In this document: positions 36,991-46,351 of the stretch, piece after piece
Layout of the letters: each line of letters begins with the position of its first letter
How positions within the stretch are numbered: the first letter of the stretch is position 1
From: an uncultured Pelagibacteraceae bacterium
GTDB taxonomy: Bacteria > Pseudomonadota > Alphaproteobacteria > Pelagibacterales > AG-422-B15
Direction of reading: 5' to 3'
NCBI GenBank assembly: GCA_902564025.1
Contig: CACEZK010000002.1
Location: forward strand, 15,227-79,226
Length of the DNA: 64,000 bases
Position numbers and translations under genes: made by a program
The notes under the pieces: generated by a model
Seen by the model: the letters and a program-made list of their open reading frames with translations, nothing else
Databases searched by the model: none
What the model was told of the DNA's origin: nothing

Positions 36991-38328
36991 TTATATTCCC
37001 AAAAATTGTCTGCTGGTATTGATTGGAACTCTGAAGATATAATAAAAAAGAGATGTTCGATCTCCGTAAATTTTTGCTGAACCTCGCAATCCAATACGCG
37101 GTGGATCAATATTATCCTCAAGGCTAGCGTGTATTTTATAAGCTAAAATATTCTCTGCTGTTAACTCAGGCTTGTAAGAAGTTCTTAATATTTTACCTTC
37201 AATCGAGCTTAGTGGACTACTGTCTAAAAACACCTTAACTCTCGCTGATTTTTCAATAAAAAGTGAGTCTTTTGTTGGTAGGTAAATTAAGAACTCAATA
37301 TCGTCTGAATTTGCTATAGTTAGTATCTTTTCACCTATATTTACAGGACGGCCTTGCCAGTCAATAAAATCCTCAACAACAGCAACGCCTGAAACCTCAG
37401 CTTTGATAACTGAATATTTTAACTGTTCCTCAGCATAGGTGACTTGCTTTTTTTTCAACGCAACTTGAGTTGATAATTCAACTAGCTTTGCTTTTGCTTC
37501 ATCATTTGTGAATGAGGATTGCTTGGCTCTAAGTAATTCTGCCTCAGCAACTTCTAATTCTTGCAAGCTTATTTCGTATTGGGATTTAAAATTGAGATCA
37601 TCTAATTTTATAAGCTCCGTACCAATATCAACAACATCATTAGTATTTACTAATACTTTTTTTACTACACCATTCACTGGTGATGTAACAACTGACGGAT
37701 TTTTAGCGATAACCTCAACTGGAGCTACTGCGGATATATTAATTGGCATAAACATTGATAGCGCGATTGCTACTAATATTAGCCACTTTAGCCAACCTGA
37801 AAAAATTCTACCGATGAAAGATAAAATTGATCCCCTTGATAAAAATGAGTCCAATGCGTGGCTGAATGTTTCAGCAATGTGTTGCAGTAGTTCTTTTTCT
37901 GTATTTGAAACTTTAGTAGATCTTACAATAACAAGAGAACCCAAGTCGCCCTTTGTTCTTGAAATTAATGGAACAACCATTAATTCGTTTGGAAAATTTT
38001 CAGGTAAATCTAAATTTGAACTGTCCTCTTTTAAATCATTAATTGAAACTTCTGAAAAAACTCCAGTTTCAAATTTCTTTTTATTTATTAATCTTTCAAC
38101 AAAAGTAACTGTCGGCGCTGTTCTATCAACAACTGAAATATCTGAAATTGTTTGGACTTTCTGTCGACCCGTAGCAGATTTTGTAAGAAAAAATAAAAAA
38201 TTATAATCAACAACACTTCTTAACTCATTCGCACAAATAAATCCAAGTTCGGATAAGTTTTCTGCTGTCCGAAATTTTTTTTCAAGAGTAATTAATCTTG
38301 CTATTTTTATTGAAGTATTATCATTCAA
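36991..38328 (-). CDS. HlyD-family membrane-fusion protein with N-terminal cytoplasmic GAF-like domain
   Basis: 445 aa. ~170-aa soluble N-domain, one TM helix (WLKWLILVAIALSMFMPI), then SPVNGVVKKVLVNTNDVVDIGTELIKLD, a coiled coil and a beta-barrel. Apparent TTG start overlapping the upstream stop. Confidence 0.7.
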   Translation of the reverse strand: MNDNTSIKIARLITLEKKFRTAENLSELGFICANELRSVVDYNFLFFLTKSATGRQKVQTISDISVVDRTAPTVTFVERLINKKKFETGVFSEVSINDLKEDSSNLDLPENFPNELMVVPLISRTKGDLGSLVIVRSTKVSNTEKELLQHIAETFSHALDSFLSRGSILSFIGRIFSGWLKWLILVAIALSMFMPINISAVAPVEVIAKNPSVVTSPVNGVVKKVLVNTNDVVDIGTELIKLDDLNFKSQYEISLQELEVAEAELLRAKQSSFTNDEAKAKLVELSTQVALKKKQVTYAEEQLKYSVIKAEVSGVAVVEDFIDWQGRPVNIGEKILTIANSDDIEFLIYLPTKDSLFIEKSARVKVFLDSSPLSSIEGKILRTSYKPELTAENILAYKIHASLEDNIDPPRIGLRGSAKIYGDRTSLFYYIFRVPINTSRQFLGI

Positions 38329-39044
38329 AACGTTGCTGTCCCACTCATGCCTGGCAGTAATGTATCATAATTTTCGTCAAATTTTGCAGTAATGTCGATG
38401 GTTTGGCTTACAGGATCAATATCAACACCAATAGTATGAATTTTGGCGCTATATGTTTGACCATTTTCATCAATGCTGATTTTCATCGGAAAGCCCTCAT
38501 CAATCCAAGCCAACCATTTACTTGAAACAATCAATTTCGCCTCAAGAATGCCTGAACCAATAATTTCGACCAATGGCTGCTGTCTTTCAATGCTCTCAAA
38601 CTCATTGACAAACACTTTGGATACTTTGCCATCATAAGGGGCTTTAATTATACATCGATCTGTATTGAGTTTAGCAATCTGTAATTCAGCTTCTGCACGC
38701 TTTACATCGATTTCTGATAACTGAACCTCATATTCACCAATGGATCTCATCAAGGCAAGTTCTTGATTGCTCTTTAGAGTTACTCTTGCACTCTCTAATT
38801 GTGCTTCAACAACTTTTCGTTGTTCTTCAAAAAATGAACAATCAAACTTAATTAAAATATCAGACTCCTTAAATTCGGATCCTTCATCAATTGGAATTGA
38901 ATCAACTTTTGCAGCAAGTTCACTTGAGAGCGTTGCCTCTTCAGTTGCAATTACTAAAACACGTGTTGAATATTCTTCTGCTGACGTATTATAAGGCAGT
39001 AATATGCAGCAAGCCGCTACTGCAAATGTTACAATTTTGTTCAT
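38325..39044 (-). CDS. Short periplasmic membrane-fusion (HlyD/RND-adaptor-like) protein
   Basis: 239 aa. Signal peptide, lipoyl-like halves (KVDSIPIDEGSEFKESDILIKFD ... IKAPYDGKVSKVFVNEFE) flanking a hairpin coiled coil. Confidence 0.7.
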   Translation of the reverse strand: MNKIVTFAVAACCILLPYNTSAEEYSTRVLVIATEEATLSSELAAKVDSIPIDEGSEFKESDILIKFDCSFFEEQRKVVEAQLESARVTLKSNQELALMRSIGEYEVQLSEIDVKRAEAELQIAKLNTDRCIIKAPYDGKVSKVFVNEFESIERQQPLVEIIGSGILEAKLIVSSKWLAWIDEGFPMKISIDENGQTYSAKIHTIGVDIDPVSQTIDITAKFDENYDTLLPGMSGTATF

Positions 39045-39055
39045 AAACGTAATTA

Positions 39056-42000
39056 TTAACTTACAAGAGATACAATTTTTTCGCCATAGCTATCTGCTGC
39101 TTTAGCATGAAGCTTTAATTGCTCATCTAGTGGAATGAAGGAAATTTCATCGTCTGTTGCTGAGTTTTCTTCATCAGACTCACTTCCTGTTATTTCATTA
39201 AGATCAAGCTCAACTTCAATAATTCTTTCTTTTCCATCTTCATCCTCAGCAATAATTTTTAGTTCAAGAACTTGAAGGCTTTCAGTTAAGAATGCTGGAG
39301 CCGCTGAGCCTGTTCTTCCTTTTGAAGGGTCAGCCGCAATTTTTCCAGTTTCAGGATCAATTGTAATCCAATCAGGTAGTACGCCACCACCTTTGAGCTC
39401 TGCTTTGTATATTTTCACATTTGACTGATTATCGTCAATTACATCAAATGTAAATTGGCCTGCATCCATTTGAAGGCTGCTTAACTTCATTGTGCCTTCA
39501 AAATCTGTTTGAGCATTCAAATTATTATTTGCTGTATTACTTGATGCATTATTGTTCTCCCTGATCAAATTTACATTTGCATCATTATCAACAACTACTC
39601 TTGCCTGATCAACGGCTCCCCTTGCGAAGTCTTGGTCGCCTTTAATTTTAGCTTTATCCAATACAATATTAATATCTCTGGTATTACCATCCTTATCGAG
39701 AGCCACTAATTGAACCTCAACTGCGTCAATACCTTCTGGAATGTCTGCAGTTGTTTCTCCTGTTTCAGGGTTAACTTTAATCCATTCAGGCAAAACTTCA
39801 CCGTTAGAGAGCTGACCTGAATACAATTCAACATTTTTCTGATTATCATCATTTAGTTTAACTCCAACTTTTAAATCAGACTCTGTATCACCAGAAACTT
39901 CACTTGCAACAGCATCCATCAATCTCAACCCACCGTTAAACTTTAATGGTTTTGATAAAGACGCAGTATCTGCAATTGAAACTGTATCAAGTGTGAATCC
40001 ATCGTTACTGTCAATTGATGAACCCTGACTAATTGTTTCTTTTATAGCTGCTAGAAAGTCTTTCTTAGGTTTAACGATTACTGGATCAAGGTTTCCAAAA
40101 GTTTCTTCAGCTATTATCTCGCTATCATTCGAATAACCTGGTGCTGGATGAACAGTAATAGTAAAAGTATGGTCTGCAAATAGTCCTGCGCCATCTATCG
40201 CTCTTATAGTAATTGTATATGTACCGGGCTCACTGAGTCTTCCAGTTAACTTGTTATTTTTCAGTCTTAATCCATCTGGCAAACTTGTTTCAGCTTCTGT
40301 TTCTGGATCAACAATTTTATATTCTGTGATATCGAAAATACCTCTGTCAGGGTCATTAAAAATTTGTTTATGCTTAATATTTATTTGCTGACCTGTGAAT
40401 ACTGGAGGTAAATCAACAGGATAAACCACTTCAGGTGGATCATTTTTACCAGTTACAGTAATTGCAATCTCCGCTGCAACAGAGGAATCGTTATCTGTTG
40501 CGGTATAGGTAAAATATTCGGTAAATACGTCTCCAGGATTAAGTCGCTTGGCTTTGTTTGCTGTATAAGTATAACTTCCATCAGAATTTATGGTTAGATC
40601 ACCAAATATTCCTGAGAGGGGTTCACCTACCGTACCCACTTCACCTGTTTTATTCTCTCGGCCAGCTTTAATAGTATCAACAGTTAATGTATCTCCATCA
40701 GGGTCAGTATCATTTATCAATACACCTTGAGTTGCATCTTTTTCTGTTTGTGCACCTGCATCGATTTCTAATATGTCATCAACGGGTTCGGGTGGGTCAC
40801 TGATACCTTCAACTGTAATTGCAATTACTCCGGTGTCTGTTCTTGTTCCATCGGACACTGTATAGTTGAAATAATCAATGGCACTATCTCCTCGTTTAAG
40901 GACATTGGCAGCATCCTGGTCTGCTGCGTAGGTATAACTACCATCAGCATTTAAAGTTAAAGTACCATAAGTTCCTATCAGAGTAGTACCAACTTTACCG
41001 GCACCTCCTTTACCACCACCTTCAACTTGACCTGTTCGCACTTCAGAAATGGTTAGAGTCTCTCCGTCGGCATCCGTATCATCTGCATTAATTGCAAGCG
41101 TTGAGTCCTTAGCACGGGAGATTGATGCGTCCCGTTTAACAGTATCCGTGTCATCTACGGCCACTGGATTATTGTCATTGATGCCTGTAACGGTGAATGT
41201 AAGCTCAGCTGTTGAAGTTGCGGTGCCATCACTCACTGTGTATGTAAATGTATCAGTTCCTGTTTGGTTTGTTACCAATTGATCTGATTTATCTTGATCC
41301 GCAACGTAGGTATACGAACCATCTGCATTAACAGTAAGAGTTCCAAATTCACCCGTAAGTGCAACACCAACTGTACCATCAGTTCCAGTTCCATCCTTTG
41401 GACCAGTTCTGATATCAGTAATTGTAAAGTTTCCACTTGTGTCATCCCCATCAACATCTGTATCGTCGTGATCAAGTTCTTGGTCGTCACTGATTAATCT
41501 TGTAACCGTTGCATCCTCGTTAACGCTATCTGTATCATCAACAGCAACGATTGCATCGTTAGCTCCATTGATTGTAAATGTGAGCGTTGCAGTTGATGAA
41601 TTTTTGTCATCATCATCCTTTACAGTATAAGTAAATACTTCGGTAACACTGTCACCTGCATCCAATGCTTCTGCAGCGGCTGTGTTTGGTGTGTATGTGT
41701 AACTTCCATTAGCTGCAATAGTCAAAGTACCATACGTCCCTAAAACACCTTGACCAGCAGTGCCTGTATTACCGGTACCACCTGACGAAATATTTGTAAC
41801 GGCGAGACTTTCTCTATCTCCACCTGTATCGTTTGTTAATACACCACCTGCCTCATTAACTGTTAATGTCTGACTCTCAGTTGCTGTAGCTGTATCTGCT
41901 GAACCAACGGGTCCCTTACCGGTTACCGTAATGGTCAGAGTTGCAGTGGCAGTAGCGTTCTCATTATCTGTGACCGTGTAAGTAAATACGTCATTTGCCG

Positions 42001-45000
42001 TAGCGTTATGTGCCAGTGCATCAGCAGCGGCTTTGTCAGCAGTATACGAATAACTACCATCAGAATTAAGGGTCAGAGTACCATAAGTTCCATCTGTTGA
42101 TCCACCAACTGTGCCAGCTGATGCACCGGTAATTGCTGTCACCGTCATGCTTGAACCCGTGTCAACATCACTATCGTTTGAAAGTACTCCTGCTCCAGCA
42201 TTTTTTGTTGCTGTAGCATCTTCATCAACAGCATTCGTATCATTGCTTGCGCTTGGAGCATCATTCACTCCTAAAACAGTAATGGTTATTGTGGCAGTAT
42301 CTGTACCACCATTGCCATCACTGACTGTATAAGTAAAGACGTCAGTTGCTGTTGCATCTTTTGCTATCGAGTTTGCGTTGTTTGCATTGTAGGTGTAATT
42401 ACCGGTGCTTTGAATTGTTAACGTTCCGTAAGTTCCTGTCGCAGCGCCACCAACAGATCCTCCTGAAATAGCTGAAACTGTAAGTGTGTCTCCATCTACA
42501 TCTGTATCATTATTTAAAACGTCCCCTGTATTATCTCCACTTTCATTATTTTTATTACCATCGGTTCCTGAAACCCCGGTTGAGCCATCGCCAACTGTTA
42601 ATGTTTGATCTTCTGTTATGTATCCTGTTGCAGGATTACTATCTACTGCTGGGTCATCAGCTACAGGAGGAGTATTATTTGAACCGGTAATTGTAATTGT
42701 AAGTGTTGCAGTATCGGTATCATTTGGACTGCTTGTATGATCTCGAACTGTGTAAGTAAAGACATCAGTTGCTTGGACACCGTTGCCTAAACTCGTTGAA
42801 CCGTTTTGATCAGCTATATAAGTATAGGAACCATTTGCATTGACAGTTAATCTACCTTTTGATGTCGTAATTTCTTGACCGGGGTTATAATCATCAGAAC
42901 CATGTCTGATATTGGTAATAGTAAAGCTACCTGATGCATCATCGGCATCAGGGTCAGTATCGTCGTGATCGAGTTCTTGTGTATCACTTTCACTTCTAGT
43001 GATTGTAGATCCAGCGTTTACAGCATCAGTATCAGCAACCGCGGTAATATCATCATTAACACCAGTCACCGTAATAGTTAACGTTGCGATACTTGCATTT
43101 TTATCTGCATCATCTTTAACCGTGTAGGTGAATACATCATCAACTGTATCACCATGATCAAGGGCTTCGGCTGCTGCTTGGTTAGCAACATATTCATAGC
43201 TACCGTCAGCTGCCATAGTTAAAACACCGTAAGTACCAGTAACAGCCTGTGCAGCATTACCACTATTTCCAGTAGCGGCATGATTAATGCCAGTTACAGC
43301 TAAACTCTCAACATCAAAGCTTGCGTTATCATCATCGTTACTGATAACGCCAGATGCTTCGTTTACTGTTAGAGTGGCATTTTCATTGACCGCACCGGTG
43401 TCAGCAACCGCTTGTGGACCTACACCGGTTACTGTGATGACTAAATCCGCTGAACCAGTTGTTCCACCATTATTATCACTTACGGTATAAGTAAATGTAT
43501 CAGTTGCTGTGGCATCGGCAGCGAGTCCATCTTCACCTCTGCCATTTGCAACATATGTGTAACTACCATCTGAATTCAAAGTTAGAACACCGTATGTTCC
43601 ATTTAATGCTGCACCCACTGTTCCTCCATCAATGCCTGAAACTGTTAAGGTTGAACTAGCGTCTACGTCAGTATCGTTTACTAAAACACCACTTCCAGCA
43701 CTGACAGTAAGAGTTTTATCCTCGTTAATAGCCCCTGCATCATTACTGCCAGCTGGATCATCGTCAAGACCTGTTATCGTAATCGTAAGAGTTGCTGTAT
43801 CTGCATTAACCCCATTGTCATCTTTGACAGTGTAGGTAAAAATATCAGTAACGGAGTCATTTAAATCCAGAGCTTCGGCTGCTGCTGTATTAGCAACATA
43901 AGTGTAACTGCCATCAGCTGCGACGGTTAGCGTACCATATGTTCCGAGAACACCTTGAGTAGCGTTTCCACTGTTTCCAGTAGAATTTGAACTGATTTCA
44001 GTAACTGCAAGATTTTCTGTATCACCACCTGAATCATTACTGATTACACCTGCACCAGCATTTGCAGTTAAAGTTGCATTCTCATTGACACTACCAGTAT
44101 CATTGCTTGCACTTGGACCAACCCCTGTCACAGTTATTGCAAGTTCAGCCGTATCTGTATCGTTTGGACTACTTGCGTGATCTCTGACCGTATACGTAAA
44201 GTAATCTATTGCAGTGGCGCCTGCAGCAAGTGTATCTTCACTTCTATTATTTGCAACATATGTGTAACTACCGTTTGCATTAACAGTTAATACACCATAG
44301 GTACCATTTAAAGCTTGTCCAACTGTACCAACTGTTGCTCCACTGCTAGAAGATTCTCTTCCTGTTCTGATTGCCGTAATGGTAAAGCTACCAGACACAT
44401 CATCGCCGTCTGGATCGGTATCGTCATGATCAAGTTCTTGTGTGTCTGAAACACTTCGAGTAATAGTTGCATCTTCATTCACAGAGTCTGTATCGTTTAT
44501 AGCTGTTATTGGATCATTTAAACCTGCAATAGTAATAGTGATTGTTGCGGTAGCGTCATCAGTTTGATCAGTAACAGTGTAAGTAAAGGTATCAGTGTTC
44601 GTTTCACCAGGATCTAATCGGTCTGCAGCAGTTTTATTGGCTTCGTATACGTATCGACCAGATGAATAGAGTGTTAATGTACCATAAGTGCCATCAACTG
44701 GTGATCCAAGAGATCCTCCATTGATGGATTTAACAGTCAGTGTATCACCATCAGCATCAGTATCATTTAATAAAACATCACCGGTATGTTCACCTGATGT
44801 ATCAGGTGTGGCATCATTTGCGCTGGCATCATCAGCAACAGTCAATGTGGCGTCTTCGTTAATGTAACCGGCATCATTATTACCAACGGGGGGATTATTT
44901 GTTTCTGCAGCTCGTGTGACCACACGAATGAAGTCACCTTTTTCTCCGTTATCAGCTGAAAGGGTTATTCGTTTATTGGAATTAGAAACAGACCAACCAT

Positions 45001-46144
45001 CACTGTTCGATGTTAAACTTCCTGGTGCACCACCAGAGTATTCAAAATCCCTTTTACCGATTTTCTGGGCACTCATGGTAGGATAAGCGGAGCTTCCTAG
45101 GTCCGTATAACCTGACATGAAAATGGTATTATCGGGTATCGTGAAAACACCGATAATGTCATAAGTAAAGTCAACTATACCTCGTGCACTCGATCCTCGT
45201 CGATTGATTTCATCATTCAAATAGACCATGTAAACGTTTACCGGTCCATGTATATCTGGATCCCAACTGTTTGCAGTCACGCCAACATCAAAGTTTAGTG
45301 TGTCACCAGTACTCACATTCGCTTTTTCTTGTGTGATGATCCATCGCTTGCTGCTGTCCTGTTGTCCGTTCTTATTACCTGAGAAATTTCCACCACCTGC
45401 TTTTAAATTGGTCGCATTATGTTTTTCAACAGCATTTGAAATGGCAGTAACATCATTGCTCAGAGAATGATTATAATTGATAACACTCACATTTTGAGTT
45501 TCTACAATGCCAACATGCTTTTCAAGATCCCAATCTCCACCTTGACCTGTAATATCATCAGATGCTGCAATATCTGCTTGCATGATATCAGCAAGTTGTT
45601 TAATGAAGATTTCTCCATTTAGATCAGCTGCAACATTACAACCATAAAATAAAATGTCACCCTGCTCAGTTAGACTCAACCCAATAGTTTTTAAAGTGTC
45701 TCTGTAAGTATCAAGTGTATCATTGTTTAAGACAGCAGTTCCAAATGCTATTTGCCCAACACTACCGTGACCAATAATATGTAATGCATCAATATCAGAC
45801 TCGTTAGATAAAATATTTTCAATTTCAGCAAACCCGTCTTGTTCACTTTGTATGATATATACTTCAGTACTGTCATCAAAACTTTCAATTAAAACTTCGA
45901 TATCATCAACCGCACTGTCGATAAATACAAATTGTTTGGTTCTAGCATTCTGATTTGTACTTTCACGATTAACGAATGGAAGTTTTGTATCTTGATCGGT
46001 TTTAAAATTATTTTCTTTTGTTTTTTTGTCTAAGTCAGTCTTATCCAAGTTCACTAAATCATCTATCGTGTCAATTGCTGTTGCAACTGCAGCTCCATCG
46101 AGCATCATGCGCGGTTCGAGTGCCTGAATAAGTTTTTTAGTCAT
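39056..46144 (-). CDS. Giant (2362 aa) DUF4347-domain / VCBS (tandem-95-type) repeat surface protein with C-terminal cadherin-like modules
   Basis: N-terminus MTKKLIQALEPRMMLDGAAVATA. aa ~71-210 FIDSAV...ALHIIGHGS.G...GDILFYGCNVA...ADIAASDD.TG..GGDWDLE (DUF4347 signature). About 12 repeats with NEDATLTV...NDTD.DGD.LTV...GTYGTLT...DGSYTY...TD.FTYTV.D...TATLTITVTG.ND. C-terminal LP(D/E)W...PETG... modules. No Sec signal and no GGxGxD RTX repeats are visible. Confidence 0.9.
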   Translation of the reverse strand: MTKKLIQALEPRMMLDGAAVATAIDTIDDLVNLDKTDLDKKTKENNFKTDQDTKLPFVNRESTNQNARTKQFVFIDSAVDDIEVLIESFDDSTEVYIIQSEQDGFAEIENILSNESDIDALHIIGHGSVGQIAFGTAVLNNDTLDTYRDTLKTIGLSLTEQGDILFYGCNVAADLNGEIFIKQLADIMQADIAASDDITGQGGDWDLEKHVGIVETQNVSVINYNHSLSNDVTAISNAVEKHNATNLKAGGGNFSGNKNGQQDSSKRWIITQEKANVSTGDTLNFDVGVTANSWDPDIHGPVNVYMVYLNDEINRRGSSARGIVDFTYDIIGVFTIPDNTIFMSGYTDLGSSAYPTMSAQKIGKRDFEYSGGAPGSLTSNSDGWSVSNSNKRITLSADNGEKGDFIRVVTRAAETNNPPVGNNDAGYINEDATLTVADDASANDATPDTSGEHTGDVLLNDTDADGDTLTVKSINGGSLGSPVDGTYGTLTLYSSGRYVYEANKTAADRLDPGETNTDTFTYTVTDQTDDATATITITIAGLNDPITAINDTDSVNEDATITRSVSDTQELDHDDTDPDGDDVSGSFTITAIRTGRESSSSGATVGTVGQALNGTYGVLTVNANGSYTYVANNRSEDTLAAGATAIDYFTYTVRDHASSPNDTDTAELAITVTGVGPSASNDTGSVNENATLTANAGAGVISNDSGGDTENLAVTEISSNSTGNSGNATQGVLGTYGTLTVAADGSYTYVANTAAAEALDLNDSVTDIFTYTVKDDNGVNADTATLTITITGLDDDPAGSNDAGAINEDKTLTVSAGSGVLVNDTDVDASSTLTVSGIDGGTVGAALNGTYGVLTLNSDGSYTYVANGRGEDGLAADATATDTFTYTVSDNNGGTTGSADLVITVTGVGPQAVADTGAVNENATLTVNEASGVISNDDDNASFDVESLAVTGINHAATGNSGNAAQAVTGTYGVLTMAADGSYEYVANQAAAEALDHGDTVDDVFTYTVKDDADKNASIATLTITVTGVNDDITAVADTDAVNAGSTITRSESDTQELDHDDTDPDADDASGSFTITNIRHGSDDYNPGQEITTSKGRLTVNANGSYTYIADQNGSTSLGNGVQATDVFTYTVRDHTSSPNDTDTATLTITITGSNNTPPVADDPAVDSNPATGYITEDQTLTVGDGSTGVSGTDGNKNNESGDNTGDVLNNDTDVDGDTLTVSAISGGSVGGAATGTYGTLTIQSTGNYTYNANNANSIAKDATATDVFTYTVSDGNGGTDTATITITVLGVNDAPSASNDTNAVDEDATATKNAGAGVLSNDSDVDTGSSMTVTAITGASAGTVGGSTDGTYGTLTLNSDGSYSYTADKAAADALAHNATANDVFTYTVTDNENATATATLTITVTGKGPVGSADTATATESQTLTVNEAGGVLTNDTGGDRESLAVTNISSGGTGNTGTAGQGVLGTYGTLTIAANGSYTYTPNTAAAEALDAGDSVTEVFTYTVKDDDDKNSSTATLTFTINGANDAIVAVDDTDSVNEDATVTRLISDDQELDHDDTDVDGDDTSGNFTITDIRTGPKDGTGTDGTVGVALTGEFGTLTVNADGSYTYVADQDKSDQLVTNQTGTDTFTYTVSDGTATSTAELTFTVTGINDNNPVAVDDTDTVKRDASISRAKDSTLAINADDTDADGETLTISEVRTGQVEGGGKGGAGKVGTTLIGTYGTLTLNADGSYTYAADQDAANVLKRGDSAIDYFNYTVSDGTRTDTGVIAITVEGISDPPEPVDDILEIDAGAQTEKDATQGVLINDTDPDGDTLTVDTIKAGRENKTGEVGTVGEPLSGIFGDLTINSDGSYTYTANKAKRLNPGDVFTEYFTYTATDNDSSVAAEIAITVTGKNDPPEVVYPVDLPPVFTGQQINIKHKQIFNDPDRGIFDITEYKIVDPETEAETSLPDGLRLKNNKLTGRLSEPGTYTITIRAIDGAGLFADHTFTITVHPAPGYSNDSEIIAEETFGNLDPVIVKPKKDFLAAIKETISQGSSIDSNDGFTLDTVSIADTASLSKPLKFNGGLRLMDAVASEVSGDTESDLKVGVKLNDDNQKNVELYSGQLSNGEVLPEWIKVNPETGETTADIPEGIDAVEVQLVALDKDGNTRDINIVLDKAKIKGDQDFARGAVDQARVVVDNDANVNLIRENNNASSNTANNNLNAQTDFEGTMKLSSLQMDAGQFTFDVIDDNQSNVKIYKAELKGGGVLPDWITIDPETGKIAADPSKGRTGSAAPAFLTESLQVLELKIIAEDEDGKERIIEVELDLNEITGSESDEENSATDDEISFIPLDEQLKLHAKAADSYGEKIVSLVS
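40430..44896 (-). repeat. About 12 tandem ~100-135-aa VCBS/tandem-95-like coding repeats
   Basis: Repeat boundaries are marked by ITITIAGLND, LAITVTGVGP, LTITITGLDD, LVITVTGVGP, LTITVTGVND, LTITITGSNN, ITITVLGVND, LTITVTGKGP, LTFTINGAND, LTFTVTGIND, IAITVEGISD, IAITVTGKND. Confidence 0.85.
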
Positions 46145-46351
46145 GTTAATTTATATAAATAAAATTTAGTAATTTGTTGATAAATATACCTTTTCTATAT
46201 ACAGCAGTAATGCTACCAAATGTAGCAAGATCGCAAAAAAAACCCAAAATGGGCGGTTATATATACACTGAACTTAGTAAAGTTTGGTATTACTTGCGCC
46301 GGATACGGTTACCCGTTAAGACAGTATCTTGGTTTTTATTAAAAAAAATAA

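Noticed and set aside
37508-38206. 232-aa plus-strand ORF antisense to the GAF-like/HlyD gene
   Set aside because: It is long, but Ser/Thr/Phe/Ile-rich and low-complexity, with no start context. The minus-strand frame carries clear TM and HlyD-like features and operon-style junctions.
41049-43835. Multiple 60-80-aa ORFs on both strands within the giant repeat gene
   Set aside because: They are shadow ORFs generated by the GC-richer, repeat-biased codon usage of the adhesin. None breaks the 7-kb main frame.
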